32,412 nt of DNA from NCBI GenBank assembly GCA_051439505.1, contig JBFRWI010000048.1, positions 1-32,412 of the forward strand, written 5' to 3'. Made by a program: the position numbers and the translations under genes. Source of the DNA: Hormoscilla sp. Lineage in GTDB: Bacteria > Cyanobacteriota > Cyanobacteriia > Cyanobacteriales > Desertifilaceae. The stretch's first letter is position 1, and every line of letters starts with the position of its first letter. This document shows positions 9,483-17,498 of the stretch, in pieces. The notes below the pieces were generated by a model. That model was not told the DNA's origin. It saw only the letters and a program-made list of their open reading frames with translations, and searched no databases.

Positions 9483-10030
9483 ATGGTGGAAGAAATAATT
9501 ATTTATATTCTGTTGGGAAGTGTTGTAACAGGTGTCATATCGGGATTAATAACGAGTACTATGATTTTTAAAATTCTATCGATGATTAAACCGAAAGTTG
9601 AAATATCGGAAGATATATCTAAAGACAAAGATAAAGACGATGGCAGAACTTTGTACAGAATTAAAGTTATAAATAGAACAAAAGCAGATATTGTTAATAT
9701 TAGGGCTCAGCTTCATCTTTTGAAAAAAGATCAGGTAAAGGGAGGGGAGATCCTAAGAAATAAAAGACTTCAATTAAAACAATCAGATCTTCTTTTTATT
9801 GAAAAATTCGATGTTAGAGATAAGAATGCAAGTTATGCATATAGGTTTATAACTTATGAAAATTTAGAAGAAGAGTGGGACGCTGCAAGGCAATTTGTGA
9901 GATTTCGTATTATATGTACACATCCATTTACAGGAGTTCTGCAATTTTTTCCCAAGATTACGAACGTTATAATATAATGGAGGGTAATTTTAGTAAAGGT
10001 GACACATTTGAAATAACAAGGGAAGGCTGA
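9483..10030 (+). pseudogene. Single-TM protein, paralog of 10191-10745, frameshifted at a T6 run (real or sequencing error)
   Basis: Adding one T at 9945-9950 restores FFSQDYERYNIMEGNFSKGDTFEITREG*, colinear with the paralog FFEKEYDYYNIKNGNFCKGDSFEITQGG*; as written it stops at 9977. Confidence 0.75.
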
Positions 10031-10190
10031 CGAATATGAAAACCGTCATTAAGATAGGTAGCAATGCCCATTAGGACATTACCTAACAATGAGGACAGTA
10101 AGTCGTACTTAGCAGTCAACAAGCAGAACAACTCGAAGAGAATTGCTACAGAATGTTTAATAATGATTTTTGGCTTAGAGGAGAGGAACT

Positions 10191-10745
10191 ATGGTGGAAG
10201 AAATAATTATTTATATTTTGGGAAGGGTTCTAACCGGTGTCATATCGGGATTAATAACGAGTACTTTGATTTACCAAATTGTATCTAGGTTTAAACCGAA
10301 CGTTGAAATATCGCCGGAAATATCTAAAGACCAAGAGGGAGATGGCAGGGTTCTGTACAGAATTAAAGTAATAAATAGGACAAAAGCAGATATTGTTAAT
10401 ATTAGGGCTCAACTTCATCTATTGAAGAGAGGGGGGCAAGATGTGCAGGTAAAAGGAGGGCTGGTTGTAAAAAATCAAAAACTTGAATTAAAACAATCAG
10501 ATCCTCTTTTTATTGAAAAATATAGTGCAAAAGATCCCAAGGCAAATTATGCATATCGGTTTATAACTTATGAAGAATTATCCGAAAAGTGGGATAGGGA
10601 CACTCAAAGGTTGAGATTTCGTATTATATGTACACATGCATTCACAGGAGTTACGAAATTTTTCGAGAAAGAGTACGATTATTATAATATAAAAAATGGT
10701 AATTTTTGTAAAGGTGACTCATTTGAAATAACGCAAGGAGGCTGA
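10191..10745 (+). CDS. Hypothetical protein with N-terminal TM helix and beta-rich domain, possibly like the Kir-channel cytoplasmic domain
   Basis: GAGGA ribosome-binding site, hydrophobic N-terminal segment, intact 184 aa, stop codon 1 nt before the next ATG. Confidence 0.8.
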   Translation: MVEEIIIYILGRVLTGVISGLITSTLIYQIVSRFKPNVEISPEISKDQEGDGRVLYRIKVINRTKADIVNIRAQLHLLKRGGQDVQVKGGLVVKNQKLELKQSDPLFIEKYSAKDPKANYAYRFITYEELSEKWDRDTQRLRFRIICTHAFTGVTKFFEKEYDYYNIKNGNFCKGDSFEITQGG

Positions 10746-10746
10746 A

Positions 10747-11646
10747 ATGAAAATCGTCATTCTAGGTGCGAAGTTTAGAGAAAGTGATGAGCAGCTATAT
10801 AAAGCGGCTTGCGATCGTAATCATGTTGTCACTTATATTCATCCAAACAATATAAGTTTTTCGGTGGTAGGAAATGAAATTGACTTAGGTTATTTGTCTA
10901 CAGTCGATAGAGTTTTGATTAGGAGAACTGTGGAACAAAGTAGAAAAATATCTACTATAGCAACGGCTCTTAAAGCTTTACAAATTCCATGTATAGAGCG
11001 TCCTTATCACTATACATCTTCATCGGCATCAAAGATAGGTGCTATTTTGCATCGTGCAACAAAAGTTAAAGTTCCTTCTTCTTGGGCTATATGGGATATG
11101 GATCAATTGGATGATTTATTATCGAAAAATTTGGATCTGCCAGTCTTATTCAAGCCAGATCTGGGACATGGTGGGAAAGGAATTGAAAGATTAAGTAGCG
11201 TCGCTGAAATTAAAGAGTTTGCAAAATCCTATTTTGAGAAACAAACAGAACTACCATTTCTCGTGCAAAAAGAAGTTCAAAGAAAAAGAGAGTATAGAGT
11301 TCTTATGCTCAATGGAAAACCAATTGGTACAGTTCTTAAATGTGCAAGCAAAGATAGTATTGTGGCTAATGCAGAAGCAGGAAATTCATTTGTAGATGCT
11401 CGTGAAGCTCCAGAGAATATACCTTTAGAAGAAATTTTGAGTGTTGAAGATTGTGCAGTAAAAGCTACAAACCTTGACAAGCTGATTTTTGCTGGAGTAG
11501 ATGTACTCGTTTCTGAAAATGACGAAAGTTATATCCTTGAGTGTAATCGAAATCCACAATTTCTAGAAACTCAGCGGGCACTTCCTAATGTTGACATTGC
11601 CAGCAAGGTTATAGAATGCTTGGAAAATCCTTCCGAATGGATTTAA
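10747..11646 (+). CDS. RimK/LysX-family ATP-grasp ligase
   Basis: PVLFKPDLGHGGKGI, FLVQKEV, EYRVLML, FAGVDVL, YILECNRNP ATP-grasp motifs; about 300 aa. Confidence 0.85.
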   Translation: MKIVILGAKFRESDEQLYKAACDRNHVVTYIHPNNISFSVVGNEIDLGYLSTVDRVLIRRTVEQSRKISTIATALKALQIPCIERPYHYTSSSASKIGAILHRATKVKVPSSWAIWDMDQLDDLLSKNLDLPVLFKPDLGHGGKGIERLSSVAEIKEFAKSYFEKQTELPFLVQKEVQRKREYRVLMLNGKPIGTVLKCASKDSIVANAEAGNSFVDAREAPENIPLEEILSVEDCAVKATNLDKLIFAGVDVLVSENDESYILECNRNPQFLETQRALPNVDIASKVIECLENPSEWI

Positions 11647-11799
11647 AAAATTGTCGTTGCACAATTAGGGTTATATTTGAATAATTACAGTGCGATCGCC
11701 CTCCGGTTGGGTTGAAGAATGAAATCCACCGGAGGGCTGTCGTGCGTCCAAAACTTCCTTGCAGTAGCAGAATAGGCGATCGCCCCAAAAGCCCGCTGC

Positions 11800-11828
11800 T
11801 TGACAAGTAGCCGTGAAGAGGGTAAAAT
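11800..11828 (+). promoter_or_regulatory. Sigma70-type promoter upstream of the DUF2442 gene
   Basis: TTGACA (11800-11805), 17-nt spacer, TAAAAT (11823-11828). Confidence 0.6.
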
Positions 11829-11894
11829 TACATTTGAACTGCCCTCGCATCGGGGGGCGATCGCACTCTCCCGAAGAGTCTTAATACCGACTCA

Positions 11895-11914
11895 GTGGGC
11901 GGTGCCCACCCTAC
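11895..11914 (-). repeat. GTAG-type REP palindrome
   Basis: Minus strand reads GTAGGGTGGGCACCGCCCAC, same family as 6296-6316 and 15786-15867. Confidence 0.8.
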
Positions 11915-11928
11915 GAACTTCTTCAAGA

Positions 11929-12234
11929 ATGATTGATATCCTAAAAATTCCCCAAGCACAGCAAGTGGTAATTACCGATGATTCGTTAACAGTAAATTTG
12001 TCCGACGATCGCATCATTTCCGTGCCCTTAGCATGGTATCCTCGACTCTTGCATGGATCCCAGGACGATCGCAACAATTGGCGATTAATAGGTAGCAAAG
12101 AGGGCATACACTGGCCCGATCTGGATGAAGATATTAGCATCAAGAATATCATTCTCCGTCAACCGTCAGGAGAAAGTCAGAAGTCCCTCAAACGTTGGTT
12201 GGAATTGAGAACTGGGACCATTCTCGATCCATGA
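11929..12234 (+). CDS. DUF2442-domain protein (antitoxin-like)
   Basis: LSDDRIISVPLAWYPRLLHG...WRLIG...GIHWPDLDEDISI signature. Confidence 0.85.
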   Translation: MIDILKIPQAQQVVITDDSLTVNLSDDRIISVPLAWYPRLLHGSQDDRNNWRLIGSKEGIHWPDLDEDISIKNIILRQPSGESQKSLKRWLELRTGTILDP

Positions 12235-12426
12235 TATGAGGCGGGAGCCTCAGAAGACCGTTTCCAGGTAGAACCCGTCGCAGAGGGTAGCCGTTTTTTC
12301 TCTATGAAAACGCTAAATAAATTGGCATTAAGGATAACCATAAATTATTGTCGAGATATTCATGCAAAAATATTATAAAATTTAGCTGCAATCGCGTATA
12401 CATTATAGCGAAAATAATAATTTTGT

Positions 12427-12486
12427 TAGTCGGTTTTCAACCGACTTTAGCTATTAGCCGGGGGTTTGAACCCCCGGCGGGCTATC
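12427..12486 (-). repeat. Double-hairpin repeat, homolog of 2530-2588
   Basis: Reverse complement atagcccgccgggggttcaaacccccggctaatagctaaagtcggttgaaaaccgactaa aligns to 2530-2588 with compensatory changes. Confidence 0.85.
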
Positions 12487-12700
12487 GGGACAGATGCAAG
12501 ATATATCTGAGAACAGATTTTGGGCTTATACGTGAGCGTTGTTCGGCGATCGCCACAAATCATTTCCCCAAAACAGAGATGCGATCGCCCGTAAAGCGTT
12601 TGGTTATGATAAATTTGCCTCGATCTTGTCAATATTTCATCTAGGGTGTTTCTTGCGTTAAACTGGAAAGGAACTGTAGAGGAAATCTTAAGGGAAGGCT

Positions 12701-12997
12701 ATGGCCACAACTCTAAGAAAGTTAGTCCAAGAAAAAAGAGAAGAAATTCTGAACATCGCCGCCCAGCACCAAGCCGATAATGTCCGCATTTTTGGCTCCG
12801 TGGCCCGGGGTGAAGACCGCGAAGACAGCGATGTAGATTTTCTCGTGGACATGGAACCGGGACACAGTCTCTTAGATCGAATTGGTTTGATGCAGGATTT
12901 AGAAGACCTTTTGGGTCGAAAAGTGGACGTGGCAACTGTAAAAGTTTTGCGGGATTTTTGCCGCGATCGCATTCTATCGGAGGCGGTACACCTGTGA
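12701..12997 (+). CDS. Minimal nucleotidyltransferase (MNT) antitoxin
   Basis: IFGSVARGEDREDSDVDFLVD...LEDLLGRKVDV; 98 aa. Confidence 0.9.
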   Translation: MATTLRKLVQEKREEILNIAAQHQADNVRIFGSVARGEDREDSDVDFLVDMEPGHSLLDRIGLMQDLEDLLGRKVDVATVKVLRDFCRDRILSEAVHL

Positions 12998-13047
12998 CAG
13001 AAGATGAAAGCTATTTAAGAGATATCCTCGATCGCATCCAGCGGAAT
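12994..13047 (+). pseudogene. 5' remnant of a HEPN/DUF86 toxin gene
   Basis: GTGA overlap with the MNT stop; MTEDESYLRDILDRIQRN resembles DUF86 N-termini, then runs into repeat DNA; no Rx4H motif. Confidence 0.65.
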
Positions 13048-13705
13048 ACTTCCCCGAAAACCGATCCGGCGATCGCCCAAAATACTGCCCCGAAAGCAGA
13101 GATGCGATCGCCCGCAAAGGAGTTACTCCAGCCAATTTTGCCTTGACCTTGCAAATATATCATCTATCGTCATTAATTATATATTAATTGATGCGCGCTC
13201 GTCCGTTATGAATGTATAGATGTAGGGGCACGGCATCAATAAATTATTGGAAAATTGAATTAATTAACTGCCGCCGTGCCCCGGCCTAGACATCAGCGCG
13301 ATCGCATATTCTTGCCGATAACAAGAAAATTTGCGATCGCCCCAAATCATTTCCCCGAAAACAGATCCGGCGATCGCCCGCAAATGGGTTACTCCTCCCA
13401 ATTTGGCCTTGCCCCGGCAAATATCTCATCTATCGTCATTAATATATATTAATTGATGCGTGGATCGCCCGTTATGAATGTATAGATGTAGGGGCACGGC
13501 ATCAATAAATTATCGGGTAATTGAATTAATTAACTCACACGCTGACGCTGTGCCCCGGCCTGTACATCAGCGCGATCGCATATTATTGCCGATAACAAGA
13601 AAATTTGCGATCGCCCCAAATGATTCCCCAAAACAGAGATGCGATCGCCCGCAAAGGAGTTACTCCTGCCAATTTTTCCTTGCCCTGGCAAATATCTCAT
13701 CTATG
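13045..13705. repeat. Tandem duplication of about 270-bp period containing HIP1 pairs, a GTAG-REP hairpin and the 3' end of the 13660-13869 gene
   Basis: Equivalent stop codons at 13123, 13389, 13660; gtaggggcacggc...gtgcccc hairpins near 13222 and 13488; a more diverged copy near 12547-12650. Confidence 0.88.
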
Positions 13706-13869
13706 GTTTGTTCTGCATAAAGCCGCCGAGAAATTTCTACATAATCAGTAGGTTCCCAGTACAGCAAACTCAGAAATCTCAAAGCAGCAGCAGGGCCAAG
13801 AGACTTGTAGAGAACCTCCATCCCCCTCATTCTGAGTTCCCGATCGTCCAGAATCTTTGCCTTGTCCAT
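13660..13869 (-). CDS. Small protein of the type usually paired with PIN-domain toxins (putative antitoxin)
   Basis: ELRMRGMEVLYKSLGPAAALRFLSLL...DYVEISRRLY...TIDEIF pattern; ATG at 13869. Confidence 0.65.
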   Translation of the reverse strand: MDKAKILDDRELRMRGMEVLYKSLGPAAALRFLSLLYWEPTDYVEISRRLYAEQTIDEIFARARKNWQE

Positions 13870-14093
13870 CACATTTAAGGATACTATTATAGCATTTCTC
13901 ATCCTTTGTGTGATATGCAACTGGTGAGATTGCTTCGGGGGGGGTTAACGCATAAAGCATAAGTTGAGCGCGGTTATCCCCCCCCTCGCAATGACAAATA
14001 GGAGATCTAAAATATACCACATCAATGCCGAGATTCGCAATAACAAGAGGCGATCGCCCCAAATCCTTCCTCGAAAACCGCATCTACTCCCTA

Positions 14094-14462
14094 TTAAGGA
14101 TATAATAATTTACCTTGGGGTTGAGAAAAATCCTCCCAAACGCCAGCATAGATACTCCTGACCGCGTAGGTAATGCGGGTCAGGTCTTGGTCTAGCAGCG
14201 GTGGCCAGATAACCCCCGCCCCTCGCCAGCGATCGAACAGAGACCGACCTTCACTAGCAAGCTGGTACAGGACGTAGACCAATTCCCGATCGAGGGCCTC
14301 GACCCCTTGCAATGCTGCAAACAGAACCTTCAGGGATAGTAAAATAGAAGTAACTTGACCCGGTATCGGTGGTTCCCCCTGCTGTAGCCGCCCCAGGAAA
14401 GTATCCGGGTTGTTACCATTGGTCATATTAATCAAAAAGCGACGAGCAGTTTCGTAATCCAT
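14094..14462 (-). CDS. Conserved cyanobacterial hypothetical protein
   Basis: MDYETAR...PPIPGQVTSILLSLKV...WPPLLDQDL pattern; no catalytic motif recognised. Confidence 0.75.
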   Translation of the reverse strand: MDYETARRFLINMTNGNNPDTFLGRLQQGEPPIPGQVTSILLSLKVLFAALQGVEALDRELVYVLYQLASEGRSLFDRWRGAGVIWPPLLDQDLTRITYAVRSIYAGVWEDFSQPQGKLLYP

Positions 14463-14622
14463 AGGCCCAGTATAATCCCTGTTTTGAGAGAAAATCCATC
14501 GCCAATTGCGACAGCTTTACAGAATCTTCATATTATCGCCTACACAACAGCCCGGAAATAGCGCATAACTAAAATAGACCGTTTGCCTTCGGTGGCACTT
14601 GATGTCAAACTCACTCTACCCT

Positions 14623-15762
14623 ATGACCACTACCCTAACCACCATTCCTTTCGTTGACCTCTCCCAACAACATCAGCCCCTGCAAAAGCAGATCGATGCA
14701 GCAGTCCAGGATGTTTTGCGACGGGGAGATTTTATTCTCGGTAAAGATTTAGCAGAGTTTGAAGCCGCCTTTGCCCTCAAGTCCGGGGTTTCCCATGGCA
14801 TTGGCACTGGTTGTGGCACGGATGCGATCGCCCTCGGATTGCAAGCCTGTGGCATCGGTGCTGGCTGCGAAGTGATTTTACCCACCAATACCTTTATCGC
14901 CACTTTAATTGGCGTCATCCGCGCCGGTGCCAAGCCCATTTTAGTCGATTGCGACCCCGCAACAGCCTTGATCGACCTGGAAGCTGCGGCCAAAGCCATT
15001 ACGGCCAAAACTAAGGCGATCGTCCCAGTACATCTTTACGGTCAGATGGTCTCGCCCCCCCAGTTGCTAGACTTTGCCAGTACCTACAACCTGCTGATTT
15101 TTGAGGATGCGGCTCAGGCTCACTTGGCCCAACACTCAGGGTATACTGCGGGTGGAGTGGGTACGGCAGCAGCCTATAGCTTCTATCCTAGCAAAAATCT
15201 GGGATCCTTTGGGGATGCTGGTATGGTTTTGACTAACAATGCCGAAGTGGCCCAAAAGGTGCGATCGCTCCGCAACTACGGGGCCCCGCGCAAATATTAT
15301 CATACCGAATCCGGTATCAACAGTCGCCTGGATAACTTACAAGCCGCCATCCTCAATGTTAAACTTCCCTATCTGGAGCAGTGGAACCAATCTCGCAGGG
15401 AAGCAGCAGCCATTTACGACGCCCAACTAGAACCATTGCAGGATCTAGGCATTCTTCCCATTACCAATAACAGCGGTGCAGGTCACACTTATCATTTATA
15501 TGTAATCCGCCTGCTGTCCACTTGCCCCATAGACCGGGATATCCTAGCTGAGAAACTGAACGCCCAAGCCATTCAAACTGGCATCCATTATCCCATTCCC
15601 TGTCATCTACAACCAGCCTATAAATATTTAGGCTATCATGCTGGTGACTTTCCCCAGGCCGAAACTCTCTGCCAGCAGATTCTCTCCTTACCCATGTATC
15701 CCGGTCTGACTGCCGAACAAATCGATCGCATAGTCGCTACGATTAAATCGGCGGTCAATTGA
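14623..15762 (+). CDS. DegT/DnrJ/EryC1/StrS family PLP-dependent sugar aminotransferase
   Basis: IPFVDL, PVHLYGQ, EDAAQAH, SFYPSKNLG (PLP lysine), GINSRLD, LSLPMYP. Confidence 0.95.
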   Translation: MTTTLTTIPFVDLSQQHQPLQKQIDAAVQDVLRRGDFILGKDLAEFEAAFALKSGVSHGIGTGCGTDAIALGLQACGIGAGCEVILPTNTFIATLIGVIRAGAKPILVDCDPATALIDLEAAAKAITAKTKAIVPVHLYGQMVSPPQLLDFASTYNLLIFEDAAQAHLAQHSGYTAGGVGTAAAYSFYPSKNLGSFGDAGMVLTNNAEVAQKVRSLRNYGAPRKYYHTESGINSRLDNLQAAILNVKLPYLEQWNQSRREAAAIYDAQLEPLQDLGILPITNNSGAGHTYHLYVIRLLSTCPIDRDILAEKLNAQAIQTGIHYPIPCHLQPAYKYLGYHAGDFPQAETLCQQILSLPMYPGLTAEQIDRIVATIKSAVN

Positions 15763-15785
15763 TAGTGCTTAGTGGTCAGTTGATA

Positions 15786-15867
15786 GACAACAGACATGGT
15801 GGGCAATGCCCACCCTACCAAATGACAACAGACATGGTGGGCAATGCCCACCCTACCAAATGACAAC
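15786..15867. repeat. Two exact tandem 38-bp units, each carrying a GTAG-type REP
   Basis: gacaacagacatggtgggcaatgcccaccctaccaaat x2 plus gacaac. Confidence 0.9.
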
Positions 15868-16774
15868 TGTTAGAAAAATACCCCCAACCTTCGAGAAATA
15901 TATGTTTCCAGGGGCGATCGCCCTCCTGTTGGCGGCGATCTACGCTCCCCTGATGGTACATTGGTACGATGGCTGGCTGAATAAAAGTATCAGCATCGAA
16001 CATGAATATTTCAGCCACGGCCTCATCGGACTGCCCTTTGCGGCCTACATCATCTGGAGTAACAGACGCCAATGGAATAGTCTCCCCGATCGGGCCCATC
16101 CTGTGGGCGTTTTCTTGCTCACATTGGGGGCAGTATTCTACCTCAGCGGCCTGCCAGAACTGGTGAATTTATCCTTTCCGGCCATGCTCACGGGAATTTG
16201 CTTGTGGATCAAAGGCATCCCCGGTTTCCGACTGCAAGCATTTTCCTTGCTGCTGATATTTCTGGCAACGCCAACGGAAATTCCCTATTTAATTGAACCA
16301 TACATCCTGCCCCTACAAAGCTTCATTTCCGGTACGGCAAGCTTAATTTTATCTATACTGGGTTTAGATGTCACGGTTCAGGGCATTTACATGTTTGTGG
16401 GCGGCAGAGTAGTAGAAGTAGCCCCCCACTGTGCAGGGCTGAAAATGTTATTTACTAGCCTTTATGTCGCCTTAATGCTGCTTTATTGGACCGGGGCGAT
16501 CGCGTCGCGCACTAAAACCATTTCCATATTAGCGGGATCGGTGGTCATTAGTGTGGCCGCCAATATAGTCCGCAATGCCTTACTCACATACTTTCACGGG
16601 ACTGGCAAAGATGGAGTGTTTAAGTGGCTGCACGAAAGCTGGGGTGGAGATATGTATTCTGCTGGTATGCTAGGTTTAGTGGTGCTTCTACTCATTTGGA
16701 TCGAAAAAACTTTCCCAGAGGACATCCCCGATGAAACCATTGAGCCAGTTACCAATGACCAATCCAGCGACTGA
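15860..16774 (+). CDS. crtB: Cyanoexosortase B
   Basis: Multi-TM exosortase: WYDGWLNKSISIEHEYFSHG, VAPHCAGL (Cys), NIVRN (Arg), WLHESWGG (His). The symbol refers to cyanoexosortase, not phytoene synthase. Confidence 0.88.
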   Translation: MTTVRKIPPTFEKYMFPGAIALLLAAIYAPLMVHWYDGWLNKSISIEHEYFSHGLIGLPFAAYIIWSNRRQWNSLPDRAHPVGVFLLTLGAVFYLSGLPELVNLSFPAMLTGICLWIKGIPGFRLQAFSLLLIFLATPTEIPYLIEPYILPLQSFISGTASLILSILGLDVTVQGIYMFVGGRVVEVAPHCAGLKMLFTSLYVALMLLYWTGAIASRTKTISILAGSVVISVAANIVRNALLTYFHGTGKDGVFKWLHESWGGDMYSAGMLGLVVLLLIWIEKTFPEDIPDETIEPVTNDQSSD

Positions 16775-17483
16775 GGCCCGATCGAGGTCCGGAGCCAAAA
16801 TCAGTTTACTACTACTGCTGCTGGCCTTGATGGCCATAGGCGCAGTTCCCGGTTACCTAAGCGGTAAATGGTCTTGGGTAAAACCGCCCCGAGTCAAAAC
16901 TCTCAAGCAGTTGCGAGAGATCCGCAAGCAAGGTCTCAACCTGCCCGGTTGGGAAACCCTCGTTCAGCAGGTCGTTACCATTGGCGGTCACAAATGGTCA
17001 TATCAGCAAATCCAGTCGTCGGAGTCCCAAAAAGTTCTGCTATTGCTACTCAATCAAAACGATCATGTGGATCAACCTCGGGTAGAGTGGGTAGATATTA
17101 ATGGGCATCAGCAGCAGATGTCTTCCGACTGGAAAACTGATTCTTACCAAACTAAGCAGTTTACTATCACGCCAACAGACCCTGGGGAGACGGTTAAAGT
17201 GCGATCGCGTTTCTTTCGGGGCTGGAATCAGCGACAGACCTATGCTATACTACAATGGTATGCCAGACCAGATGGGGGCTCGACCGGACCGACCAGTTGG
17301 TTTTGGGCAGATAGAATGGCCATGGTCAAGGGCGATCGCTCCCCGTGGGTGGCAGTTTGTCTGTTGATTCCCATTGAACCCCTGGGGGATATCGAACAAA
17401 CTTGGCCCCAGGCAAAAGAACTGGCCGAAACTGTCCAGACAACATTGATGGCAGGTCCATTCAAATACAAAACTAAAGATTAG
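16755..17483 (+). CDS. Cyanoexosortase B system-associated protein
   Basis: N-terminal TM, GAVPGYLSGKWSW, FFRGWNQRQTYAILQWYA, WFWAD; overlaps the exosortase 3' end. Confidence 0.82.
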   Translation: MTNPATEARSRSGAKISLLLLLLALMAIGAVPGYLSGKWSWVKPPRVKTLKQLREIRKQGLNLPGWETLVQQVVTIGGHKWSYQQIQSSESQKVLLLLLNQNDHVDQPRVEWVDINGHQQQMSSDWKTDSYQTKQFTITPTDPGETVKVRSRFFRGWNQRQTYAILQWYARPDGGSTGPTSWFWADRMAMVKGDRSPWVAVCLLIPIEPLGDIEQTWPQAKELAETVQTTLMAGPFKYKTKD

Positions 17484-17498
17484 TATAGACCAGTTATC

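Noticed and set aside
13123..13710. Diversity-generating retroelement template/variable repeats
   Set aside because: Differences are not confined to adenines (C/G and G/T changes occur), and no reverse transcriptase is present despite the Avd-like gene 7 kb away.
14094..14462. Dethiobiotin synthetase label sometimes given to this family
   Set aside because: The protein is too short and has no P-loop, so it was left as hypothetical.
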